Part shown: piece after piece, positions 1 through 13,400 of the stretch
Layout: each line of letters begins with the position of its first letter
Position numbering within the stretch: position 1 is the stretch's first letter
Assembly (NCBI GenBank): GCA_002633005.1
Contig: NMRA01000107.1
Span: forward strand, 923,414 to 987,413
Length of the DNA: 64,000 nucleotides
Source: Phoronis australis
Taxonomy: Eukaryota; Animalia; Phoronida
Direction: 5' to 3'
The notes under the pieces: generated by a model
What the model saw: the letters and a program-made list of their open reading frames with translations, nothing else
The model's database searches: none
What the model was told of the DNA's origin: nothing
Program-made: the position numbers and the translations under genes

Positions 1-574
1 TTCTTAATTTAAAAATCATTATTCTTGATTTTTTTCAGAGAATCAACTCACGGAAGAGATTAATAAAGAATACATTGCCCTTCGTCCTGCATACTTATTC
101 AGATTGCGTTCTGCTTGCACTAAACTGTTTTATCGAATACTTCAAACACCTGGACCTGCTGTATAGGTCGAACTGTTGAAAACTCCTCGCAACGGGGAAC
201 ACTTTTGAAGAGATAGTGCGTTAACTATCTCCTGATTGCTTCTATACCCAATAGCGTCAGCGTACCAGTGTCTAAGTCCATATGCATCCTGTCTGATATG
301 CTTGATGAGTTGAACAAAGTTAACAAAATTTCACGGTAGGTATACATTCGACTGCCTGGCAAAAAATTTCCATCTATACAACACAAACAACTTATTAGCA
401 ATACTACATTGGTCATACACAGGCTTCTACAATGGCTTTATGTTATGGGTTTCGACTTAACATCTCTAAAGAAGCAGCTTCCATAACACTTCGGCAGTTT
501 CCGGCTACACGTCGTATGTCTGCCAGGCTGGACTCCCTTTTCTGCGAATGATGTCACTACATCGCATCTTCTAA
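1..574. repeat. Near-identical copy of 4675-5228 (gene A intron 3), left of N675
   Basis: Direct match with few SNPs and indels; probably an allelic overlap. Confidence 0.85.
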
Positions 575-675
575 ACAAGTGCGACAACAAAATCTCACGG
601 AGGCTAATAGTATATTAATCATGTGTCAATATTTTATTTACCTGTGTGCTTCAGGTACAAAAGTACACCCACCTN

Positions 676-1615
676 CCCAAAACGTATTGATGATTTTTAT
701 TTAAAGTTTAATAATTTGGAAATTGAAAGAGTTCGTTCTTTCAATTTACTTGGTGTTACCATCAACGAAAACTTGTTATGGAGTCCACACATAAACAATT
801 TGTTGAGAAAGATAAGCAGATTCTGTAGTGTTCTTAGTAACATAAAACATTTCTTGCCATTTGAAACTTTGAAAACTATATATAATGGCCTTGTCCTTCC
901 TCATTTTAATTATGGCATTCTGCTATGGGGGTGTGAACATCATAGAATATTTAAATTACAGAAAAAGGTTATTCGCAATATTAACTCTAGTCATTTTAAT
1001 GCCCATACAGATCCTTTATTTAAGACTACACAGTTACTCAAAATAAAGGACTTGTATATGTATGTTGTTGCAATCATTAAATTTTTCTACAAATATGTTC
1101 ATAATTACTTACCTTCATTTTTTAACACGTTCAATTTAATAACTCGTGGGTCTGTTCATGAACATTACACTAGGCAACATCTTTTACATACTCCCCGTTG
1201 TACTAAATCATTTGTTGAAGATTCAGTTCGAAATGCCCTACCTCATATCATCAATAACCTTTCTGAAAGTGTCTCCCAAAAACTTTTTACCCATTCGTTA
1301 TCCTCTGTTATAAGTTATTTTAAGAATGTTTGTTTTGAAAATTATGAACTTGAGTGCACTATTCCCAACTGCTTTGTATGTAACTATTTTCGATAATCTC
1401 TCCCAGTCTTTACACAAGTAGTTTTAAAGTACATCATCACCTAATTTTCATAGTTCTGCTTATCTGTAACGCTGTATTTTTTCTTTCTTATTCTCTGGTG
1501 GCTCCGTGGTCAGCGGACCTCTCGGGTCCTTCACGGAGCCTCCATAAGCGTAAATCTGTATCAACTGTATTTTTTGGTTTTAGACTAAAGTGTATTACTA
1601 CTACTACTACTACTA
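676..1615 (+). mobile_element. 3' end of a CR1/L2-group LINE (RT C-terminus, 3' hairpin, (TAC)n tail)
   Basis: ORF to 1396 with 'LLGVTINENLLWSPHI...PHFNYGILLWG...AHTDPLFK...CTIPNCFVC'; 3'-UTR stem-loop GGCTCCGTG...CACGGAGCC (1500-1540); (TAC)n at ~1596-1614. The 5' side is cut at contig join N675. Confidence 0.88.
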
Positions 1616-4140
1616 AAGACGTACCGAAAGCGGGAGATGTACAACCAAAAATGTCTCGCAGTTTTTTGTTGTTGCTGTTTTTAAAAATTGAATGGGAAAT
1701 TGCTAGTGCCGCAAAGTACATGAAACGTCCCGTTCTTTTCTTTCCAGTCGAGCGGGAAAACATGTCCATATCTCGTGAAAAAAAAACAATGTTATAATAT
1801 GTCAATTCGTCTGTGTGTCAAAAAGCAGGACATTTGTGTGGCGGGATGGCAAAAAATCAAAAAATGCGACAGTCCGCTAAGAGCGGGGCAATGTGCAAAT
1901 ACAAGTATACCGTGCACTTACAGCAACACGAAGTACTGGATTGGGTTCTTAGAAAGTAAACTTTTCATCTTTCAAAATTTTATTTCAAGATTACAGGTAC
2001 ATACATATAGGTACATAACAATAGGCCTAATTTGCAGAATTTACAAAAAACGGCGTCTGAGCAACAGGTAAACATTACACAAAGAAATTATGATAGAAAC
2101 AATTGAAAACAATAACACACAAATACACAAACACACACACGCACACTTACCTAAGCAATTACGAATAATTTTTTGAAAGTTACGTAAACACTAAAAATTT
2201 CATTTAGACCAAATTAAATTCTTTCCGTGAAATACTATAGCATGGTTTTGTCACTAAAAAATGTCTTGTTGAAACACTATAGGCATGTAGTATGACAGAT
2301 ATAGTATGACAGGTTGTCAAAAGTGGCTTTACGACTGGAGTTGGAAAAATATCAGATGCTACTCCCGAATCCAACCAGGACCACAGGTCGATGCTTATAA
2401 AAATGACCAAATGTCACGGTAACTGTCGGCTTTGTTGACTAACTTTGCCAAGTTATCGCTGCTTGTATAGAACCGTACCTCAGAAGAATTTCGCTTCATC
2501 AACATTAAAAACAAAATTAAAATGAAGTAATGAAATTAGGGTTGATTTGATAACTACAACTCTCGATCAAATCAGTCGAGCAGGCATCCAGAAATTGTCA
2601 TTGCAAACTCTCGTGGCTACTGTGGGGGGGGGGGNTAGGTCACATGCGAGAGTTGGCAGTCCATGGGTAGAGTTCTACAATTTTTGCAAAGACTATTTTT
2701 GGTGAGAACTGATACAAATAATGTTGCCCAATTTTTCAACGGGTTTCAAATATCTACATGTACCATACCGTGAATAATACGCTTACAAGGAAGTCACGCA
2801 TTTCTAAAGATATGCGGGAATTTTCACTGCTCGTCCTTCTGAGTGGTTTGTACCAGGGTCAAAGAGAGCGCGGCTTCAGAATCTGGTACAGTTGTGATGA
2901 CCGCATTGCCCGATGCGAGCAAGACCCAATATAATGTAATTTTCCGACCATAAACTGTATTAAACATCTCTGCCTATGCATAATGGCGAATTTTCAAAAT
3001 GCATTAACCACTAATTTTCGTTATAAACGAACACCACGGCGGTATTCAGCTGAAAAAAAAACAACCAAGTACGGTTTTCGATTTTTAAAAATCGATGAAC
3101 TACATGTAATAATCTAAAAACTACAACCATTGGGTACGATTGGAGATAAACTACAGCGGGTATTGATATACTCGGTGGATATACAAACGCTGATCAGAGT
3201 TAACAATATCTCACGGATTCATTTTTTAATATTCTTTCAATCTCGTTTAACCAGATTTTTGACCAGGAAACAGTTGTTGTGCCCACTTTTCATTTTTTTT
3301 ATTACTGACAAAGAGCTAAAATAGTTATATAGTTAGTGCCACATAAATTGTCCAGAGATTCCAAATCTTCAGTTTGGTTATCACCATATTTGCACTTTTG
3401 TATATATTTTATGATTTGAGTTCTGATTCAGATTAGTTTTTAATGACACGTGAAATGTTTAGTGTACCTGTATTGTGGTAAGTTTAGGGATGGGCTCACA
3501 ATGAACTTAACTAATTAAGTTAGCTGGCGATCAAAATCTACCACTGTTTTGGTACTTCCAAGTTCAAAACTTAGACAAAAAAGTTATCAACCCGTTTCCG
3601 GTAAGGAAAAAAAACAACTAGGCATTAAAAACTAAATAAAGAAAACCAATGTGAAACTAATCGTTCTTTTTAGTCATTTCGTAATATTTATAATGTACCA
3701 AATTAAAATTACTCTCCAGAGTTGCAGGCTATAACTCTGCAAATGTCAGAGAAAACCAAAATGGGGGTACTAACAACAACCATTGTTGAGACAGTGCTAG
3801 CAATTACCTTTCCGCTTCATTAGCTCAGATCTACATCAACACAAAGGGCGTGCTGAATAGGCATCCTAAAAGTCGTCTGGGGATTAGGGAATCAGAGCGG
3901 TCACCATTGTAAGCGAGAAATTCTCCGCATGAACGTTTTGATATCTGCTAGCAAAATTTGAAAAACTGTCACCAACTCAAGTTTCAACAATATGTTAAAG
4001 TAATGTATCCTCAAACCACGTGCCATTTTCCTCTGCATTTCTGCCATTCTTCGTCACTGCGGTCGTGTGGTTCACTGCAACCGCTCATTACGACCATCCG
4101 TCTCGATAACGTGACAAAGGCTACATAAAATGAAACCTAC

Positions 4141-4298
4141 CTGTGGGGATCACCAAAAGAGGGGTAGTAGTTACACACGAAGAAGAACTGGTTGTCAATT
4201 ACTCTGCTGAATGTTTTACTGACACTGTCGTAGCCTCCATAAGCTTTTTCGCAAATCTTATAACCACATCCAACTTTGTGCGTCTTCTGCCATGCCAT
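4141..4298 (-). CDS. CAP/SCP gene A, exon 4 (after a ~13.4-kb TE-expanded intron 3)
   Basis: tttatccccatAG acceptor; MAWQKTHKVGCGYKICEKAYGGYDSVSKTFSRVIDNQFFFVCNYYPSFGDPH+AG (CAP 'WxxTxxVGCG' and 'VCNYxP'); GTAGGT donor. Phase fits exon 3, and intron pieces are collinear with gene B intron 3. Later exons presumably lie left of the window. Confidence 0.88.
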
Positions 4299-5619
4299 CT
4301 ATGGGGATAAAAACGATGTTTTCAGCCGAGAATGAGCTCATTGTCAATGCCGTATAAAGGTTTGGGTGCAATGCTCTTAAGCAACAGAGCGGGTTAGCGA
4401 TTACGACACTGCTACGTACAGTATTGTCGGGAATGTAACAGAAAAACGTTTAAACCGCAATTTAGTTGTTAATTTTGGAATGAGTACGAGCCGGGTGGGA
4501 ATTCAAAATTATGGCCACGTTTCAACATGGCCGCCATCAGCATCATAACCTCTTATTTTGGGATATCCTTTCACTTGGTATAAAATCAATTATGTACGTG
4601 TTTATTCCGTCTCCTACAGCACTGTCAACTGGGAGTCCGTTTCTAACAATAGAAAGCCTACTAGTAGGTCAATTTCTTAATTTAAAAATTATTATTCTTG
4701 ATTTTTTTCAGAGAATCAACTCACGGAAGAGATTAATAAAGAATACATTGCCCTTCGTTCTGCATACTTATTCAGATTGCGTTCAGCTTGCACTAAACTG
4801 TTATATCAAATACTTCAAACACCTGGACCTGCTGTAGAAGTCGAACTGTTGAAAACTCCGCGCAACGGGGAAATTTTTGAAGAGATAATGCGTTAACTAT
4901 CTCCTGATTGCTTCTATACCCAACAGCGTCAGCGTACCTAAGTCCATATGCATCATGTCTGATATGCTTGATGAGTTGAACAAGGTTAACAAAATTTCAC
5001 GGTAGGTATACATTCGACTGCCTGGCAAAAATTTCCATCTATGCAACACAATACTACATTGGTCATACACCAGACAGGCTTCTATAATGGTTTTATGTTA
5101 TGGGTTTCGACTTAACATCTCTAAAGAAGCAGCTTCCATAACACTTCGGCAGTTTCCGGCTACACGTCGTATGTCTGCCAGGCTGGACTCCCTTTACTGC
5201 GAATGATGTCACTACATTGCATCTTCTATTGCCATGAAAATGAACAGTCTCTTTTTGATACCTATGAAGCCTTGTAAAACAGCCTTTTGGAAAACCCTAA
5301 ACAATTATTTAAATTAATAGAAAAAGTTAAATCTTGTTTCTGAAGCTTGAATGTGTGTGGGTGTTGTGTAATCGCTGTTTCATTGATGTAATTGTTTACT
5401 TTTCGTAAATAAAATATGAACTAAAAAAAATCCCACACACTTTCTGAGGAAAAGTCGCGACAATTTCCAGTACTACACTTGTATTGTACATTTGAAGAGG
5501 GACTCATCGATATAATCAAGTCACAGAGCTAGAGACCCAGTATTCAGAAAGTAACGGCAGTAATAACGAGAACATCTATGCACTAGTCACGACTGTTTTG
5601 TCCTCCTTTATACTTTTAA

Positions 5620-6330
5620 TTCACGGAGCAGACGTTAAATCCAAAGCGAGGCTCACTGCGATAAATATAGCGGAACTTTACATTGCGTAAGTTAACGACT
5701 GGTCTTCCGAGACCAACCTGAATATTAAATCTTAAAAATGTGTCCGTAATTAACCAGAAAAATACAGAAGAGAACAAGTCAATGCACCAATGAGTTGTCT
5801 GGGGAATGGGTAAAATTTATTTTGGAAAAACTAGGCTCGAAATATGAAAAGTAAATATGACCAAATTGCGGCGATCGTGTTACGGAATAGGTATGTGCTG
5901 CGGGGTTACGTTTCTTCTTGTAAAGTTTTGATAAAATGTTTTCAACGCGAACCAGGTCATCTGCTCGTATTTTGACGAGTTGAAGATATATTTAACATTG
6001 GTGACTAATCGCATTTTGCTGTCATGTGCAAGTCACGTCTGGTTTAATTTGTTGATCAAGAATATTAACATCAAGCATAGCCTAGGTCCTGGTAGTGAGG
6101 TAAAGACTATAGGGATTAACAGTTGATTTGTCATTAACTTGTTAGAATGATTGATATCATACAAATTATTTTTATTATGATAAAAACAAGCTGGTAATTG
6201 AAGCTAAAAATTATTTTACCATCAATTCTGCTTTCCTGGTTTTAATAATTCTTATACCTATTTCCTATGCTAGGTTTCAAATATCTGTCTGGAACAAGTT
6301 GAATTTTATATTCAAAACACCTAGTTCGTT
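5620..6330 (+). repeat. Interspersed repeat; uninterrupted copy of 60590-61040 + 63740-64000
   Basis: Shared blocks aaatccaaa.cgaggctcactgcga, caggtcatctgctcgtatt, cctaggtcctggt and tggaacaagttgaatttta. Confidence 0.85.
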
Positions 6331-7649
6331 CGTCCAATGCACAACCTGAAAAATAACATTCAGAGGCCTCGTTCATCCGAGGTGAAAGCTGCCTGTGCAT
6401 TCTGAGAGGGGGATTTTTTGCCGAGTGAGGAGGAAATTCTACATCCCTCGCCATCTGTTGCAAGCTCTCATAGGCTCTGTTTCAAGTAGCATTTTGTGCT
6501 TTTTCAAATTGTCACCTATGCGGTTAGAATTGATTCGAACTTCAACGGGAAATTTTCAATCAATTTAGAGTACTTTTTAGGCCTCGTGAGGGGGAATTTC
6601 GAGTGTTTTTCAACATTATTAGAGGGTGTAGGGCCGAATATTGGGGATTGAGGGTCCTGTCCTTTTTGGAAACAAATGCATCATGTTTCAACCCGCAGTC
6701 ACTAAAACACAGCCTGGCTGGAGGAAGATTCTTCGGTCATTACTATGATGCTCGGCAATTGAGATGCAACAAAACATGATCAAACTTTCGAAAACATTTA
6801 TATTTTCTTTTGTCACCGCGTATGGCAACGACCCAACGCTTCCGAAACTCAACGTCATTAGGGATTTTAAAAAGATAGTTGAATGTCCGTATTTTTATTG
6901 CCGTTCGAGCAACGCGGAACACAACTATGACGATTCACCAATGGACGGAGCTATCTCAGTGAACCTCGTTGTGGAGCGCACTTCCTGTCTGCATGAAATA
7001 GGCGTATAATATTAGTGGCATTGGTCACTGTGCACCCAAAAACCGTAAACCAACCTTTTAAAGAGTACCCGTCAAGCATTTTCTTAGTTTTTGAAGTTTC
7101 AGTTAGCTAATATGAAATGTGTACCATGAAAAATCTAACTAAGTAAGCACCAAATAGTCTCGAATTTTTTAATTTTGAAGAAAATTAGTTATTTCCAAGT
7201 TTCTAGCCAAATGATGTAGTAGGTGGAAGACGTTTGGTCACTTGACAATCAATTGCAATGGCGGAACACAGCACATCAGAAGACTAACACGATTTTGAAC
7301 GAGAACTGGACAGTTATTATGCCGAGAGTACAGTGGATACGGGCATCACATTCAAGTACTCGAAGAATCCGATAATGAATTCGATTTTTTACTTAGCTAA
7401 CATTCATCGGCTTCGAAGTCGTATGAGCTCGACCCATTTGCACTAGAAATCCTGCAGACATATGTGAGCAACAACCAACTGAAGCAAGGGGTGTTGGGTC
7501 ACTCGTATTGACATGATGGAATGAGTACAGTATAAACACAATGCAAGCTTATATATGTTTCGTTGCACTCAATCTGGGCCGGGGTGGAGGGGCTGGCATC
7601 ACTCGCCCACAATGGAAGCACTTTGTTCGTTATTTATAAAATTTGCAAA

Positions 7650-7795
7650 TACACTGACATTCCTCACTCTCGTGCGGCGCAAAAACCGGTAGCATTTCTG
7701 TGCATCTTTCACGTAATTAGGAAATTTGAACACGGAGATGTTCACAGTCAAGTTGATCTTACTACATCCTCCACAAACTTACCTGTCTAAAAAGG
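7650..7795 (-). pseudogene. THAP-domain transposase relic in gene A intron 3
   Basis: Reads VCGGCSKINLTVNISVFKFPNYVKDAQKCYRFLRRTR, the THAP pattern CxxxGC...FxFP...WxxFVxRxR; homolog at 57180-57310. Confidence 0.6.
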
Positions 7796-9789
7796 CGGTT
7801 TTCGCGGACTTTCTTCACAACTACTCAGCATCGCACTGGTAAAAAATAACAACGGCGGAGACGGTCTTCCACCCGATAACACAAAGATTTATATATTTTT
7901 TTAAAATTTCGGATTGTTTCTTTGCACTAGGTATACTAAAGGCTATTGATAAAATTCTTTTTGAGACACAGGGTCATGGTGGGAACTGTCTTTAAAAACA
8001 AGGTGTGATGTCCGTACATGTCACTCACGAACCACACGTCGTGTGAACACATATATCTGCAGAAGTAATACGGCGAAGATATCTGCACGGCGGAAATAAA
8101 GCCCATCGAAATAACTTATGGTTCCCTCAAAAATTTGCCATTCGGTTGTAACTCCGCGATTTGCATCGTTACCTGGCGATGAACTCGTGAACTAAAGCAT
8201 TCTATAGGCTTAATGGCTGGTCACATCTCATTATAATATGACGTCATTAGGTCAAAATCTGAGCGTGGCAGACAATTTCATTCGTCGTTGTTAGAGAAAT
8301 GTAAACAGGCAGGGGTGTAAAATAACCGGGTAAGATCGTTTATGGTTCCCTTAAAAGAGCACTGTAGTAAAAATAATGCAGCAGTTAAACGGTACAAATA
8401 AATTTCACATTTGCTCAAGTTGCGAGCTAAACGAAAGCTTATTCATAGTTATTGTCAAAAGACTGGGATCCTGATCGCTGATATGTCAGTGACGAGGCTG
8501 GTGTGGACCCGACTGCTTATTACATACATTGTTGTGTCATATTGTGATTAGTTTACATCGCATTTAATCATTGTGTCAGCCGTTCTTATTTTTTACTGTT
8601 TGTCACAGTGCTGTAAAAGGTTCGCCATGCCTTTTTGTATGGCTCCTGGTTTTTCGAAAAAGGTGACTTCTAAAGGTATGGTCATCGCATACCATCGCCG
8701 GGTTGCCTAAGCCTTGTCCCAAAGCTGTAGGTCTATACTAAATATAGGCCTACAGGTTTGCGCCGATATGGGTAAAAAGAGGACCAATAAAATCTGACTC
8801 CAAATTTCTGTCATTAAAACTAATCTCACCCTTGAGTAAACCTATAGGAACCAGCTTCATAGAGTAAACTTATTAACAGATGTTGGAAAATTTAGTGATC
8901 GTTAATCGGCTGCTGCTAATATTGTGATGCGTTCTTCTGAGTCGGCTTTTTGCGATCATAACGTCTCTTGACCTTGGCCAGTTTCTTTTCCACCGATTCC
9001 TTTTGTCATGTGTTCTTCGCTGCCGGCTCATAGGTTGCGTACATGTATACGTCACAACAAATCATCGGAACTTGTTTCATTTCGTTACAAGCATTACCAG
9101 CAATTCGTAAACTAGGTCATCCGCCAGGTTCTCTGCGTAAACTAGGTCATCGCTTATGGACCAGTTAGCGCTTCACTCTCCGCGTGTCTCACTGGAGAGA
9201 AGCACCAGAAAGGTTGTTCTACATTTTGTAGCCCAAAATTACCAAAGTTCAAATATATTCCGTTTAAAAGGAAAGACAAAACATATTATTACAGATGTCT
9301 GGCCAATATCATGAGCCACCACTCGTAAGCAAATCAAAGCTGTCCTTACTCGTTGCCTGATCTCGCACTACCTCAATCGACTAGTTTTCAGTTCGCAATG
9401 CAACGATACAATTCTCATAAATTCAACTTGTACTGACCCCTTTCAATTTTAAACCATGCCCGAAGTACTTGGAAACAAATTATTGTTAGGTACAACGAGG
9501 TTTTTTTTCCTAAAGTGGATCGTAAACATCTCAGGTGAGTTTTCCACACACAGCTACTTTGATTTAGAGCTGAATTTTGAGCTCCCATACTACTATGGGC
9601 CGGGCCGGTCAAGGGCCAATTTCTGTTGTACGCACTACTTATAGCTTTGGAATCAAACTGCTATATATACAGAAAACGTTTATTAGTATACTGGTGTGGA
9701 TATTATCAGTGATTTAACCAAAAACTTCGAATTAACTAGACCCACTAATGATAGTCTATGATGATAAACTGTTATCAAAAGGCCAAAAT

Positions 9790-10400
9790 TGGCAATTTTC
9801 GGCGACCCCATGTTAAATACAAAATTTTGTCTAATTTTCTTCAAACTCTTGCATTTCAATCTTGATTATACTGACATCTGTTGGGTCTATCGGCAACTAA
9901 CCGCACATGAAAGGCTTGGTCGAAAATTATCGTTTTCTCACATGCACTTTCGGGTTTTTAGCGGCGATTCCACTGATCGAAGCGACAAAATAAGCCAAAA
10001 CTTTGACCATACCATGTTAAACATAATTTTTTTTCCAATTTTGATGAAACTTGGCCACGTTTTTAACAAAATACTTATCTATGTTATGTGCTATCGGCAA
10101 ATGTGATTGATTCANNNNNNNNNNNNNNNNNNNNNNNNNNNNNNNNNNNNNNNNNNNNNNNNNNNNNNNNNNNNNNNNNNNNNNNNNNNNNNNNNNNNNN
10201 NNNNNNNNNNNNNNNNNNNNNNNNNNNNNNNNNNNNNNNNNNNNNNNNNNNNNNNNNNNNNNNNNNNNNNNNNNNNNNNNNNNNNNNNNNNNNNNNNNNN
10301 NNNNNNNNNTATAGATACGGATTGGTTGCACCGGTAAGTTTTCGTCCGACGACGACGACGACGACTGGGTGTCACTTTGTGTTGCCTCGGCTCAAACAGG
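9790..10400. repeat. ~205-bp tandem units running into an assembly gap, plus a (GAC)n microsatellite; Helentron-associated-like
   Basis: ccatgttaaa...tttt...aaact..g..ca...ctatcggcaa recurs at ~9809 and ~10012; gap 10115-10309; (GAC)6 at ~10348-10365. Class assignment is inference. Confidence 0.4.
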
Positions 10401-13400
10401 TATCCCTGGTGACCCGACATTTCGCACTTAAATTTCTAATTCCGACAATATGAAGAACGTCACTTGACTGCACGTTAACGCAGGACAGTGACTTTGCTAC
10501 CGCCATATACGTCACGAGAAGCAGCGCTCCAAGTGGGTATTCTTTGAGCTTCATTAGAGAATATCAGTTTACTTTTTGATGTTAAATTAATTGTGAAATT
10601 AAGTGCTTGTCCACCAGAGCACTAGCCATCCAGCGGCAAGGTGGGGGTCAGGCGATTTTCACCAAATCGGGTAGTGCTATGGGATCGATAAACAATAGTA
10701 AAATATTTCCCCAAAATACAGTATTATCCCCCCATCACATTTTACGTCTTCGTAGCCATGTTTTCAAGCTCTAAAAACTGTCCAATTTGAACTGTGTATA
10801 TTTTTCCGTGAATGAAAGCTATTGAACTATTAGTCACTTGGCATTGTTAAGTGGAGCCTGTTGATTGTTGCACAGATATCTGGAAAAAAATTCCCATTCA
10901 CCACCCTCATTTAGTAGTTTTACTACACTGCCCCCCGTTATGCCATGTTGAGGTTATGTTCAATCCACTGCTATACCAAATCTGACCCATTGCTGTGAGG
11001 ATGAAATTTGGCCAAAATGTTAACAAAACATGTTACTTTCATTGCATAAAATAACAACTTTTTTCAGCCAGTTGATTAGTTAATAAACATTTTGGCACTT
11101 CAGATGTACTAAAATGAGAAATTTTCAAATATCTGAGACCGTGAGCACGTAAAATCTGATTGTGCTCAATGTTTTTCGATATTTTGCAACGAGTTTGTTC
11201 CGCCTGAATGTTTTGAATGTTTTACCCCTTACCACCTAGAACTATAGTACTCCTAGATACCATACACTGCTCCATTTTTCAATAAGCCGATTTTGTCCTC
11301 CTCAGACAACAGGGCTAGATATGAACTCGACAAAAGTGGGTTATTTTGATTTACAATTGTTATGCTTTGCAATTTCCTCATGGGTATTTCTTCACACCTC
11401 TTCAAGTCAGATTTTCTGTTGATCAAATGTTCATGCAATGCATTGTAATATCAAATGAATGACACATTTAGTGGCATGACCATAATTTTTCATACGACTT
11501 TAAAAAAGGCCGCAGAAATTTTGTTGACGTACTAACGGGTTTGCAGTTATCTAAAAACATTCGAATGACAAGACAAACTCCACCACTGTCCATGACAACT
11601 CGTCGCATGTATATCGCCCATCGGTCGTATCGCTGTTTTCCTTTGTTGTGTCATAGTTGGATATAACAACACAGGTCGCATGGGTATAGAACCTTGGGCG
11701 TACATCAGACCGTTGACGATAAATGCTCGTCAACGGGAACAATGACGACGCTGGTCTATGCGACCAGGTTTCCCGTGGATGACTACAGAAGGGGAATCCC
11801 AAAGTATCCACAAAAACTTATCATGCTCCTCAGTAGCTCTTATCGCGCACAAGAATCCATTCCGGGGAACCTAAATACCATTTTTTATATCCATGTCTTT
11901 TTTTGTGTTGCTCATGATACGGGTTCAGATTCCGTATTAAGATATCAATCCCCAAGCTTGTAATACGTAGTTTGAGTAAAATTTCTAGACAATGAAGTTT
12001 ATGTATTGTTTCTCTTTTAAATGAAGAGTAAACATCAAATTCTGCACTTGTTTTCCAAAAGTAATGACGCATCTAAAAGGTAAAACCATGTTAACTTTGA
12101 CAATTTTATTCCTTATCTCATTCGAAAGTTGTCTACCTCACAAACAACACATCTAGGTTGAAAATATTCCTTGTGAAAAGACATAAAACACCAACCAGAG
12201 ACTTGTATTCTACAAAATATGTTTTTACTATACAATACAAAGATTAACTGTACAGTCAAAAGTGCAAATGTTATGACTTTAATAAAAATGCCCTCTACGG
12301 TAGACCTTTTCAACACTCCAATTGCTACAGGACAGAGTCAACCACACAAAACCCATAAAGTCAGGGAATTACACTGAAGGTGATGTAGTCTCACTGCGAA
12401 AAAGAGATTTCGCAATATCGCTGGCAACACTGTACATTTCTTCTTTTTCACAAACTTGGGGGTTCTTATCAAAAAAGAACCACCACAAAATGAAAAATTG
12501 GCTTGTCGGTTCCAATAAGACAGCATTTTTGCAATGAAATGATCGTGGAAAAAATACTTTTGCAAACATGGTATGCATAACAATTGCCGTGCAGTTACAG
12601 TTGTACATACATGCCAGACCAGTTTCAAAACTACTCATGAGAACCATAAAATGGTCAATTCACCAAAAACCAAGGAGTCACCAGAGCTAATGTGCCAACA
12701 CTTTTCAATACTGCAACAAAAAAAATTATTTGAAGTGGACATAAACCCACCTACTATCACATAAAACAACTTTTGATTTAGACAACTTACCATCATGAAA
12801 TAGGTATTAGTTCCTGGCAACTTTAAGCAATTTCAGAATTCCGAAAGAACTGGCAATATGCAATTGCTAGAGACCAGGCTCTATAAGATGGCTTGTCTAA
12901 TAGTGTGTGATTTTATGCACACAGCATGGTCTAGAGGAATAACAAACTGTCAATTCACTACAATTCCAGAAACCACAACCCATCTGGTTAAGGAACAAAT
13001 TGAGAAAACTTGGTAGAGGTACAGTAAATGGTCTTAATCAAAATCTACCTCCTAGACGGAATGTGTGTTTACAACCCAGGCAGAAAGATAAGTGAACAAA
13101 ACCAGCCTTCAACAGGGGCTCACATGTCAGTAATAAATACTCATTTACAAATAAAAATCTAATGGAAAACAAAATGCGGAAACATAAATTCAGATCAATT
13201 TTACAATTTGAAGGAAAAGAAACAATACAGTGACCAGAAATCATGAAACCGGAAACGTCTAAATGTGATGGCCACACTGAGAAATCCTGTCAGAACAAAA
13301 AAATTCAGTGGCTAAACAAAAAGAATAATGTACCCATTACCATGTGGCTGTACCAACTTAATCCACTGGCCCAGGGTCATGATCGGTGGCTGGACAAAAA

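Noticed and set aside
623-1396. 257-aa ORF as a host gene
   Set aside because: Motifs are the LINE RT C-terminus, and the N-terminal residues come from across a contig join.
10017-10453. Several ORFs spanning 10115-10309
   Set aside because: Artefacts of translating an N gap.
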